Assembly (NCBI GenBank): GCA_950097015.1
Contig: CATNEN010000037.1
Coordinates: 930,001-994,000 of the forward strand
Direction of reading: 5' to 3'
Source of the DNA: Macrostomum hystrix
Taxonomy: Eukaryota; Animalia; Platyhelminthes
DNA: 64,000 nt
Position numbers and translations under genes: made by a program. The notes under the pieces were generated by a model that searched no databases, was not told the origin of the DNA, and saw only the letters and a list, made by a program, of their open reading frames with translations. Shown here in pieces: positions 12,611-24,302 of the stretch. Numbering within the stretch: the first letter of the stretch is position 1; every line of letters starts with the position of its first letter.

Positions 12611-13909
12611 CAGGGGTGGGCAAACTTATTTGCTGGCGGGCCAAAGAGAGAACATAAAAGACGACAGCGGGCCGCATTGACTGTATAAATATGAGATTGG
12701 GGAGAGATGAGACACGGGAGAGATGAGACACAGGAGAAGATGAGACACGGGAGAGATTAGGCACGGGAGCGATGAGACACAGAAAGATGATACACGAGAG
12801 AGATGAGACACGGGAGAGATAAGACACAGGAGAGATTAGACACGGGAGAGATGAGACACGAGAGAGATGAGACACAGGAGAGATTAGACAGGGGAGAGAT
12901 TAGACACGGGAGAGATGAGACACGAGAGAGATGAGACACAGGAGAGATGAGACACAGGAGAGATTAGACACGGGAGAGATAAGACAGGGGAGAGATTAGA
13001 CAGGGGAGAGATTAGACAAGGGAGAGATTAGACAGGGGAGAGATTAGACACAGGAGAGATTAGACACGGGAGAGATAAGACAGGGGAGAGATTAGACACG
13101 GGAGAGATGAGACACGAGAGAGATGAGACACAGGAGAGATTAGACAGGGGAGAGATTAGACACGGGAGAGATGAGACACGAGAGAGATGAGACACAGGAG
13201 AGATTAGACAGGGGAGAGATTAGACACGGGAGAGATGAGACACAGGAGAGATTAAACACGGGAGAGATAAGACAGGGGAGAGATTAGACAGGGGAGAGAT
13301 TAGACACGGGAGAGATGAGACACAGGAGAGATTAGACAGGAGAGAGATTAGACACGGGAGAGATGAGACACAGGAGAGATTAAACACGGGAGAGATTAAA
13401 CACAGGAGAGATTAAACACAGGAGAGATTAAACACGGGAGAGATAAGACAGGGGAGAGATTAGACAGGGGAGAGATTAGACACGGGAGAGATGAGACACA
13501 GGAGAGATTAGACAGGGGAGAGATTAGACACGGGAGAGATGAGACACAGGAGAGATTAAACACGGGAGAGATAAGACAGGGGAGAGATTAGACAGGGGAG
13601 AGATTAGACACAGGAGAGATTAGACAGGGGAGAGATTAGACACGGGAGAGATGAGACACAGAAGAGATTAAACACGGGAGAGATTAAACACAGGAGAGAT
13701 TAAACACAGGAGAGATTAAACACAGGAGAGATTAAACACGGGAGAGATAAGACAGGGGAGAGATTAGACAAGGGAGAGATTAGACACGGGAGAGATTAGA
13801 CACGAGAGAGATGAAACAGGACACTGTAGATGTCAGAAGGGGCAACGGGCCGGATTTGGGAGCTTCGAGGGCCGCATCTGGCCCGCGGGCCGGAGTTCGC
13901 CGACCCCTG
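12611..13909. mobile_element. Non-autonomous hAT (Charlie-like) DNA transposon/MITE with an internal minisatellite expansion
   Basis: Imperfect TIRs CAGGGGTGGGCAAACT...AGTTCGCCGACCCCTG, a subterminal GGCCCGCGGGCC motif typical of Charlie-like elements, and a perfect 8-bp TSD GCCTAAAT at 12603-12610 and 13910-13917. Confidence 0.9.
12700..13815. repeat. 16-bp minisatellite (CACGGGAGAGATTAGA and variants) inside the hAT MITE
   Basis: Seen directly; the reverse complement of this unit forms the array at 45.8-46.3 kb. Confidence 0.93.
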
Positions 13910-14353
13910 GCCTAAATGATCTCAGCCATCATGTTTTTTAAGGCTGATCTCCTTATTAGCATTGGTTCATTGCTTCATGTGAGCAGTGGTTCATTGTTTC
14001 ATAGGAGCAGTGGCATAATAACATGCGTTTAACATCAATCAAAGTGAAACTGTCATATATATGCACATTGGATTACAGGCTAACAATAATAGCCATGTAG
14101 ATAAATATGCATTGATAAATAACTTGTACATATGGTTGCGTGCTTAAAGTTCAAGTAGCAATATAGCAATATTTTATTAAACGCTTTTCATAAGCAGCAA
14201 AAACAGCGAAAGAAATATTTCAGTTGACGTACCTTCTAGTTTAATCTCGGTCGACTGGATATGACTCAAAAAAAACTTTCAGAAAACCTTCAGACCCACA
14301 GTAAGATAAGAGAAAAGGGAACACATTTTAGCGGAAAGGGCTCGGGTATCGGG

Positions 14354-15185
14354 TCAACACAGTCCAATAAATGAAGGGGAACTGATCAACGTACATTCCT
14401 GGCCGAGAGGGCATGGGGTCAAAACAATCCAATAAATGAATGAGAACTGATCAACGTACATTCCTGGCCGAGAGGGCATGGGGTCAAAACAGTCCAATAA
14501 ATGAAGGGGAACTGATCGACGTACATTGGCCGAGAGGGCATGGAAGGGTATGGGGTCAAAACAGTCCAATAAATGAAGGGGAACTGATCAACGTACATTG
14601 GCCGAGAGGGCATGGAAGGGTATGGGGTCAAAACAGTCCAATAAATGAAGGGGAACTGATCAACGTACATTGGCCGAGAGGGCATGGAAGGGTATGGGGT
14701 CAAAACAGTCCAATAAATGAAGGGGAACTGATCAACGTACATTGGCCGAGAGGGCATGGAAGGGTATGGGGTCAAAACAGTCTAATAAATGAAGGGGAAC
14801 TGATCAACGTACATTCCTGGCCGAGAGGGCATGGGGTCAAAACAGTCCAATAAATGAAGGAGAACTGATCAACGTACATTGGCCGAGAGGGCATGGAAGG
14901 GTATGGGGTCAAAACAGTCCAATAAATGAAGGAGAACTGATCAACGTACATTGGCCGAGAGGGCATGGAAGGGTATGGGGTCAAAACAGTCCAATAAATG
15001 AAGGGGAACTGATCAACGTACATTGGCCGAGAGGGCATGGAAGGGTATGGGGTCAAAACAGTCCAATAAATGAAGGGGAACTGGTCAATGTACATTGGCC
15101 GAGAGGGCATGGAAGGGTATGGGGTCAAAACAGTCCAATAAATGAAGGGGAACTGGTCAATGTACATTCTTGGCCGAGAGGCCAT
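14354..15185. repeat. About 72-bp tandem repeat (with shorter variants), about 12 copies, downstream of UBE2H
   Basis: Unit AAACAGTCCAATAAATGAAGGGGAACTGATCAACGTACATTGGCCGAGAGGGCATGGAAGGGTATGGGGTCA; the 24-aa periodic ORFs in the track derive from it. Confidence 0.93.
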
Positions 15186-15389
15186 GGAGTCAAACAGTGT
15201 AATAAATAAACGAGGAGCTGATTAACGAACATAATCAGCGGAGAGGACGGGGAATGAAAGGGAAAGGTTCAAGGTTAATAAGTCTTAATGTTAAGGGACA
15301 ATATAATTTGACAGGCAATCCAGATGCTGCTATACTATAACGCCAGATGGGGAATTGTATGCAGGGGTGCGGGCAGAGGATTTTAGACA

Positions 15390-18300
15390 TCAGAGCTCCA
15401 TGTCGGCGTCAGGCTGCTCTGAGTCGCTGTACTCGGACATCGAACTCTCTTCGGACGACATCGCGTCTGGTTGTTGGCCGTCCTCGCAGTCGCCGCCGCC
15501 AGCAGCAGCGGCCGCTGCCTCGGTGGCAAATCTGGCGACATATTCGCGCACCTTGCTGCGATAGTCCTCCGGCTGGTGAAGGTAGAGCGAGGCCGCGTCA
15601 CCGTTAAGGGGATCCATCGGATTGGGATAAGATAGCAGCTGCGGCAGGAAAGACTCAAATATGTTGGTCAGGTCTGGATAGGAAAGAGGGCAGGGCTATT
15701 TTTTAACAGCTCTCCTGTTCACTGTAGCTTTTCCTGACAAAATAAATGTTGTGTAAAAAGCAATGAGTGATTGCACTGGCACGTTGTGTCTTTTTTATAG
15801 CAACGTCAGTTTAGAGGGCTCTGCAAAATGTCTTAGCATAAGTTTATATTGGTGGGATTAAAAAGCTTCGAGTTTTTTTTCATTCCTCTCATGAGGGTCT
15901 CATTCCTCTCTGGTCATAGGAATGGTCACCGGAAAAATGACTCACCATACAAAGCCGACCAGCTTTGATTGATGACATCAAGGCACACAGTACCAGAACT
16001 ACAAATGGAGAGAAGGCAAATATATTTTTAATTCAGAGTTTCGGTAGAATAAGGAATGGAAGAGTAGTTGATTGTGTAACTTACGCTTCATCAATATTTG
16101 GATGAAAAATTTTGTTCATGAAGCCTATAAATTTAAATGATAAACGATGGGCATGAATGATGTTTGTTAGATATTAATGATCATGCAATGATTTCTAAGC
16201 ATGACACTAAACACAAAGCTCTTTCTTTGCCTAGTGAAATTTGAGCTTATGTGGTTCTGTAACTTCCTAAATTACTATTTGCATAAAAAAGCATTGCTTA
16301 CCAATGGACGGTGACTTGAATGGATATCTGTCTGGCAGATCCACACGAACTTTCCATACACCACCTTCATAGAGAGCTAAAAGTATTAAAAGTAAAGTTA
16401 TAATGTTAAAGATGTTTACTTTGTATAACACTGGTAATAGTCAACACTTACAGTTAGGTGGTCCATAGAATTTCACCATAAACTCATTGATGCCGCCAAG
16501 GATTGTCACTTCATGCTTGCTTTCAATACTTTAGATATTTATATTTGTTTAAGAAAATAAACATGAATACTTTGATTCATAACTGTTGCTTTTATAAAAC
16601 ATGATCTAATATAGATAGCTGATCATTATAAAGCCACTAGCTAATCATAAATAAAATTGAAACATGCTCAAAATGTATCTCTAAATAGCTAATTTACACT
16701 ACCTTAGTTTTAAATACTTTCTTAACCATTAAAGAAAGTATTTGTGATTTTATATTATTTGTTAGGCCTAATTTATGAGACCATGCACCTCTCTAGCAGT
16801 GTTGGGCAAGTTCCATTCCTCCATTACTAGTGGAAGTTACTTTTTTAGAAGGATTACCACTGGAAGTTACTTTTTTTGCTAGGTAATGGACTTGGTAACG
16901 GAATTGACTTTTTGTAAGTCTGTTACTTCTGTTACTATTACAATTTTTACTTTTGTGTTACTTGCTTGTTTTACCTGTTTGTGTAAATTTCCTATTTGTC
17001 ATTGTTTATCAGCTTTTTTACCATCTCTTTAGTCTTTTATTTGTATGTTGTTCTATTTTTTGTGACTTTTTTATTTTAATTGTATATTTTGTTTATCTGT
17101 TGACTGCATTCAATTTTTTTTCATTTTTGTGACATGACATCTCAGAAGTGATGACCTTCTAAGCCACATCAGTCAGCCGCAAAAGCCCTACAAGGAGGAG
17201 AACTCAAGGATGAAGGCAAAGATTATCATCCCCAATTGGCTCGATGGCATCTGGAAGCCAGAAGTTGGGGTCTCCGACCTGGCTTTCAAAAATACAGCAG
17301 TGATTCAAGGCCTCTTTGCTACAACACGGCTGTGCCATCCAGAGCTACCATTGAGTATGCCTTCTCAATGGCAAAAGATGTGCTGCAAGCAAAGCGTGCA
17401 CCCCTCACAGACAAGACTCTCATGCGTCTGCTGCTGCTGCGGGGAAACAGTCATCTAACATCTTAATCTTTATAATATACTATAGAGTTGGTACTTGGCA
17501 GTTTTTTGCCAGTTGGACTCTGAAGTTTTTTGCCAGCTTTTTTGTCTTTTTGATACAATACAAAACTCATAACTCAAATTCAAAGACTCAAAGTGGATTT
17601 CAAATGGCAGCTGAAATGGCAATTCTGCATTCTCATTTGTTAAATTATTTCCAGGAAAGACACTTGTTAAAAGTTAAAACTTAAGTCAAAAGTTCTCATA
17701 ACTTTCCTGGAAATTAATTTTTTCAAATGACAAATATGCATTGATGACTGATATAATTTCGTTACTGATAAAAAATGAATAGTGAATTGGTTATTATAAG
17801 GGGTTATAACACATTTGATTTAGCATATAAAGATATAGTCAATATAGCAGTACAAGTAAAATAACGTACGAATAAAAAAGTAAAGGACTTAAAGTAATGG
17901 AGTACCGGAAGTTACTTTTTGTTAAAGTGTTACAGTAACTTTTACTGGAAGTTACTTTCTTTGGTAAGGGAAGTTACTTTTTTTAGTAACTTGCCCAACA
18001 CTGCTCTCTAGGCCCTTACTTTGCTCTAGTAACTACAACCAAACTCTGAGGACTCCTCCCCACTCCATTCTGAATTGCCAATGGCACTTTAAGCCCTATA
18101 ATCAGTCTAGATATCACCTCAAAAACGCAATTTATATTTTAGCTCGTTGTAGAAAAATTCATTTTTATGCCTTTTAATACAATGAAAATGCAAAACACAT
18201 TTAATTTTAAATTGGTTTAGATAGCTACTTCACATTATTATTACATCTTCAATATATATAGCAATACAAAAGTAAGACAAATATTTACAAGCCCTACTAA

Positions 18301-18454
18301 ATAAGTTCGATTAAGAGTTTTGGACATCTAAAGATCTAAAGCACATAGCACTAGCACTAGTGGTAAGTAATAAACAGCAGCAATAAAATTAAAAAGGATA
18401 CAGTTTCACCACATCTGTGTCCATTCGCCTCTTTCCTGCAGGAGGCGACGACAT
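15390..18454 (-). CDS. UBE2H: Ubiquitin-conjugating enzyme E2 H (Ubc8 type), 6 exons, 193 aa
   Basis: Exons: 18454-18402 ([18 protein letters not shown]), 16528-16452 ([25 protein letters not shown]), 16376-16302 ([24 protein letters not shown]), 16124-16085 ([14 protein letters not shown]), 15998-15946 ([17 protein letters not shown], catalytic Cys) and 15673-15390 ([14 protein letters not shown]...DMEL*). Lengths 53+77+75+40+53+284 = 582 nt in frame. Confidence 0.97.
16529..18401 (-). other. U12-type (minor spliceosome) GT-AG intron, UBE2H intron 1
   Basis: 5' splice site GTATCCTTTT; branch-site-like TTTTCTTAAAC at 16557-16547; no polypyrimidine tract before the AG at 16530-16529. Intron position is fixed by the flanking coding exons. 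Confidence 0.88.
16797..18003 (+). mobile_element. Internally deleted hAT DNA transposon (1207 bp) with a transposase C-terminal remnant
   Basis: Perfect 16-bp TIR CAGTGTTGGGCAAGTT/AACTTGCCCAACACTG; 8-bp TSD CTCTCTAG at 16789-16796 and 18004-18011; subterminal GGAAGTTACTTT repeats. ORF remnant 17236-17466 ([31 protein letters not shown]) resembles the hAT dimerisation domain. Confidence 0.93.
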
Positions 18455-20458
18455 TTCGAGCTGTATTAGATCGGCTTATAGGTACTTCGTACAGTAATTT
18501 CCAAGTGAACAGCATAAAATTACAGAATTCAGAAAATTATTTTGTATTCCGAGAACTCTTTGGGGATAACATCGCCTAGGTTGAATCAGCTGATTGTTAG
18601 AAAACCACAGAAGAAGAATTTGATCTGTCTATTTAAAAATAAATGATACATATAGCAAGCCTTATAAAATTCAATAATTTATTTTTGCCATTGCCTTCAT
18701 TTGCGCTTTTATATTTGTTAAACTTTGAAAAGGGGCGAAAACTCATAATTTGAACAAAATTGAAATGCAATACCTCCAGAGGGCGAGCTAGATGTATATG
18801 TTATCAATAAGCTCGATCGATGGTCCTCATCTCGTCAATAGTTTGAACTGTTCTGAGGTTTTGCAAATTAAAATTTGTGATTTATTGCATTAAGTTAGAA
18901 ATAAAGATTTAGCAATATATTTTTATTGAAATTCACCCAATATCTTCATTAAAGGTCTCTGTTGGTATTTTCGCCCTGTGGTCTCCTCGATGGAATCATT
19001 TCAGTTTTTTTGCATAGATATATGAGCTGCAGGGAAACTTTTTTTTACTGACGTAACTTCAGTATGCGCCATATTATGCAGCAACTTTTCAGCATTTGTG
19101 TTTTGCATAGACTACGAAAGTAAAGCTACTATTAGTGGTCCTGGTTTCCTTTTTTGTTTTTTTTCGATGCATACAGGTGTGGCTTTTTCTCACATTAAAT
19201 TAATCAAATTAAATAATATTCACATTGATGAATATACTGAATATGCAGGTCCGTTCGAGGTGTACTGTATTTATGATTAGAATAACCTCTTGCCTATATA
19301 TGATTATTTAGTTCGTTATGATTCAGCAACCAGCTCTTTTATTTAAATGATCCCACTACGAGTTTATTTAAAAAATTAATCCCGCAAGGGAGCGTGACCA
19401 GCAATGCAAGTTGAAGATCGAATTCTGCAGCTCATAGCCTTGAAAGATTGTGTGAATCGAAAATGTGAAAACTCGGCTTAGGATCGAGTTCCCCGCGTTA
19501 CGCATTGAGAAGAAGATCCTCAACTATTCCCAACAGAGACCAAGACCAAGCTCGGATTGGAGTCGTTTTCCACAATTTGTAACTGGCTGCTCAGTTTTTT
19601 TGTGGCCGTGCCTTCATTATTAATCCTATAGCGCCAGTGCAGATTCGCGCCAAAACGCATTGCGAATTTCCAGAGTCCATCAATCAGATGGGCTGGCGTC
19701 TGTACTCAATCTTTCCCGGCTGATCAGATTGCGATATGGAAAGCCAAAAAACTGCTTTGAGAAGAAAGGCGAAGCGCTCCAATTGGAAATAAGAAAATTT
19801 TGGTCTTCATATTCAATATATTATTTATTGGTTTTCTAAATTGTTTCAGTCAGTAGAAGTAAGATATTTTCCACAAAAGTAGTTTACTTTCTTCGGTCAA
19901 ACAAGGAAAATCATGCGTGCCTGGACATCTGTTTTATTGTTTATACATGTACGAGTATTTATGCTGGACTAACAGATAATTATCCACATAAACTGACATT
20001 GATGATAAAATGCATAACATATCAATGAATGCACGGGCGTTCGTTGGATTGTTTTAGAAATTGAAAGAAGTTATGTTAATTTCATTCTTGGGGGTCATTC
20101 TTATTTGAATATATTAAACATAACAAGAGCGATGATTAAATAAAGATAACTAAAATCGACTTTGAGTAGCTGATTGACTGAGGCCATGCATTCACGTGTT
20201 TAGTGAAGGCAAAGGATTGATAGCGGTGTAGAAGTAGAGCGTATTCCTAAATCTATTTAATTGGGGTTTCCCCGCAGGTGGTTCTAAAAATAGACAAAAC
20301 TCAACTCGCCATGGACAACCAGCACCGTGAAAGCCGATTTTGATTGGATTATTCATTCATATTCATTTGTGAGCTCATTTACAAATACGTCAAACACTTT
20401 TTGAATTAAATATGTTAAGCAGTGTTTTCAAACAATCTTCAAATCACGCCAGTTTCAA

Positions 20459-21692
20459 TCAGTTCTCGATCGACATCTCCAGGTCGCCGCCTGGATTGAC
20501 GCCAGAACTGGCCGGTGTAATTAGCAGCGCCGGATGCGCGGTGCGCCAAATATTCGGATCGGAGCGGAAGCAGCAATAGGCGGAGCCACTGAAAAGCACC
20601 GCAGCATCGGATGTCACGTTCGCTGTAGCGGCGGTCTGACATTCGGCCACTTCGTCGGCTAGAACTCTGACTACGGCCACAGTCGGCGCTAAGAGTGGCC
20701 GGCTGTACCGTCTAGCCGAGCCGTTTTCTGTTACCGACAGGCGGCCTTGAACCAGGCTTAGGCGGCCCGTTGCTGCGTGGCTGCTGCTGCTGCTCTTTCG
20801 CTTGGCTCCGCGATTATTGCCCCACACGTGGCGCACGTACACCTGTAGCGGAACAGGGGTTATGGGTTACAAGCTAGAGTTTTTGAGGCGCAGTTTTCTA
20901 ATAAGCTGAGGTGTGAGTAACGTGCAGAGAGAGGTCATGAGGGTGATAGGTCATTGCGGAGTCATGTGGGTGACTCGGAGTGAGGTGGGTGTCACAGAGT
21001 GAGGTGGGTGTCGCGGAGTGAGGTGGGTGTCGCGGATTGAGGTGGTTGACGAAGAATAAAGTCTGTTCCGCCGAGTGAGTTAGGTGAGGCGGAGTAAAAT
21101 CTTATGACGTCGAGAGATCAGATAAGATCTGGGGGTGAGGCAGTTACAGCAAGGTGGGAGACAATAAGTTTGTAAAACGGAATCAAGCTTGTCAAATTAT
21201 ACTAACAGCAGGAGGATTTTCGAATAGACTGCTTATGTCAATAGACAGCTTCTGTATCGTACGAGAAAATGTATTGTAAAGTGAAATCCTATTGAGAGTC
21301 GACAAGCTCACCTCCTTTCTGTACATGGAGTGCCTGGTCTTGTACAATCCGACGTCAACGTAGCTGAAACGGCCACGCTTGCGTCGGCAAGCGCAGACCA
21401 GACAGCGCAGCAGGCGATTCTGCATTGTAGGCGGCAGAGCCATGCTGCAGATCATTGCTAGCAGAATCAGGGAGAAAAATGTGACGATGGCCGTCAGCAG
21501 CGGCTGATTCGCCTGGCCAGGCTGCTTGGCGCAGTCAGCCGACTCTGTGGCATTGCACATGGACTGCATGGCCCGCTGGTCGGGCTCTAAGTCTTCTGGC
21601 CCGTGGTCCTGTAGCAGCTGGCAGTTGACAGCTGCCAAGCGAACCAGCAATGACAGAGCGCAGAGCAGCAGGGCGATGCGTGTGGCGGCCAT
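20459..21692 (-). CDS. Uncharacterised single-pass type-I membrane protein, 2 exons, about 254 aa
   Basis: Exon 21692-21312 encodes a signal peptide (MAATRIALLLCALSLLVRLAA), a short ectodomain, a TM helix (LLTAIVTFFSLILLAMICSMAL) and a Cys/basic juxtamembrane stretch, ending at donor GTGAGC. Exon 20842-20459 follows acceptor TTCCGCTACAG. Phase-0 join with GC-rich codon usage. No family recognised. Confidence 0.75.
20975..21050. repeat. Short 20-bp tandem repeat (GAGTGAGGTGGGTGTCGCG-like), about 4 copies, intronic
   Basis: Seen directly. Confidence 0.8.
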
Positions 21693-22589
21693 TTCAAGGG
21701 TAAAATTGTTTTCGCACTTGTCGGTTGGATTGAAAGCAATCTGAGCGGTAATGGACGAACGGCTTCGATCGATTGAGAGGTCGTTCTTAAGCGTCAGCGA
21801 TTGGCTGCTGCCGGCCAGAAAATGACTGCGAATATGGCGTTCGGCAAAAATGAAATAACATATTCCATTTTTTCGTAGGCTGCATATTTCACTACTAGTA
21901 AGTAGTAGAATCCTCCTACCTTTCCGAGATTTCACTTTAGAGAAATATCACTTCACCGAAAGCCGAATTGAAAGGCCTGATCGAAAAAGTGCATGCATGA
22001 TTTGTTGATTGATCTATTTACCAATTCATCAATTTTTCAATCAATACATTTATCAATCTATCTTTACATCAATTCATCGGTTTATCGATTCATCGATCCA
22101 TCAATATTTTGATTCAGAAATTTATCGATCTTTTATTATTTCGGGTTAAGTAGGAAGGATAAACTCAAACTACTTTTCTAACTTAAGCAAATTTTATTTC
22201 ACTATGACTTTCCGCCCCTCCTACAAAATCCCATCCCCAGTTTTTACAAAACAACCTATGAATTTATAATTAAGTTGCAGCTGCAGCCCTTAGTTCAATT
22301 TGCACAGTATTTTTTATGACGCAGCCTCGCAAGCGCACAGAACTCTGTCTCTGTGTCTTCTCACATCCCCAAATCCCTATGAGCAACGGGATGATAAAAA
22401 GGGTTTCACAATTTCCCCACTACATGAGAATTACTCTCACTAAACTCGTACCATTGATTGCTGAGTGCTTGGGCCAGGCATAGCTTGTTATTTCAATTTA
22501 TTATTGTTATTGCGTGTAGAACTTCTAGGTAGCTTACGGTTAGCAGATAAACTCCCTTTTAGGATCTTAACCTAAACATTAAACGTGGT

Positions 22590-23650
22590 TTTGGGATTTG
22601 AAATCTTGACACGGCGTTTAAAGTCTGTTTATGGGATTTGAAATCTGATTTTGGAATTAAAAATCTGATTATGGCATAAAATCATTTTATGTAAATAGAA
22701 ATCTGATTATGGGATAAAAAACTGATTTTGGGATTTGAAACCTCTAGGGATTTAGGGATTAGAAATCAGGTTATGGGATTTGAAATCTAGTTCAGGGATT
22801 TGAAATCTGGTTATGGGATTTGAAATCTGATTATGGGATTTGAAATCTGATTATGGGATTTGAAATCTGGTTATAGGATTTGAAATCTGGTTATGGGATT
22901 TGAAATCTGGTTATGGGATTTGAAATCTGGTTATAGGATTTGTAAATCTGGTTATGGGATTTGAAATCTGGTTATGGGATTTGAAATCTGGTTATAGGAT
23001 TTGAAATCTGGTTATGGGATTTGAAATCTGGTTATGGGATTTGAAATCTGGTTATAGGATTTGAAATCTGGTTATGGGATTTGAAATCTGGTTATAGGAT
23101 TTGAAATCTGGTTATAGGATATGAAATCTGGTTATGGGATTTGAAATCTGGTTATGGGATTTGAAATCTGGTTATGGGATTTGAAATCTGGTTATGGGAT
23201 TCGAAATCTGGTTATGGGATTTGAAATCTGGTTATAGGATTTGAAATCTGGTTATAGGATTTGAAATCTGGTTATAGGATATGAAATCTGGTTATGGGAT
23301 TTGAAATCTAGTTCAGGGATTTGAAATCTGGTTATGGGATTTGAAATCTGATTATGGGATTTGAAATCTGATTATGGGATTTGAAATCTGGTTATAGGAT
23401 TTGAAATCTGGTTATGGGATTTGAAATCTGGTTATGGGATTTGAAATCTGGTTATAGGATTTGAAATCTGTTTATGGGATTTGAAATCTGGTTATGGGAT
23501 TTGAAATCTGGTTATAGGATTTGAAATCTGGTTATGGGATTTGAAATCTGGTTATAGGATATGAAATCTGGTTATAGGATATGAAATCTGGTTATGGGAT
23601 TTGAAATCTGGTTATGGGATTTGAAATCTGGTTATGGGATTTGAAATCTG
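22590..23650. repeat. 20-bp minisatellite (GGGATTTGAAATCTGGTTAT), about 50 copies with a degenerate left edge
   Basis: Seen directly. Confidence 0.96.
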
Positions 23651-24302
23651 CTTACGGGCTATGAAAATTCGGAATATGATTTTGAGGTTGGAGATTAGAT
23701 TCAAGTTTGTTTTCGTAACAGGCATTGTTTAATCTATGAATGGTACAGTGGCACTTGCATGATATCTAGTTATCAAAGCATACTTCTCTATTTATATATA
23801 TAGATGCATATATTTAGCGCATAGTTAAATAGTAAATCTAATCTAATTACTGTACGTGACAGACAATGACAATCAAAAACTATGTCGTTAATTACTATCG
23901 ACCAATAACATATTGCAGCCAAAAGTACAAACAGGCACCGATGGACACGAGCCTCATTAAGTGCTGCTTGTGAATAAAACTCAATAAATAATGGTTTTCA
24001 GCTGCAGGATTAGAATCAATGATCTCTAACCCAATAAAATTAGCCATAACTGTCAGTTTTCAAATGATTCAAATGATGCCTAACGAACTGTTATTATAGC
24101 AGTTTAAATCGTACTGGTGTGTGAATCGTTCGTTATAGAAGAATCTATTCTGATGGCACTTAAAAATAAAATTAAAAAAAACTTTTGAAGCTTAGACATC
24201 CAACGTTTCATAATCGTTTCATAATTTTCATTATCGAAACATGAGATTACATTAGATCACATTATTTGGATCATGTGTCTCGTTTGGAAAAACGTTTCTA
24301 AG

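Noticed and set aside
14354-15185. CRISPR-like appearance of the 72-bp and other long-unit arrays
   Set aside because: Units are contiguous with no unique spacers, there are no cas genes, and the DNA is eukaryotic.
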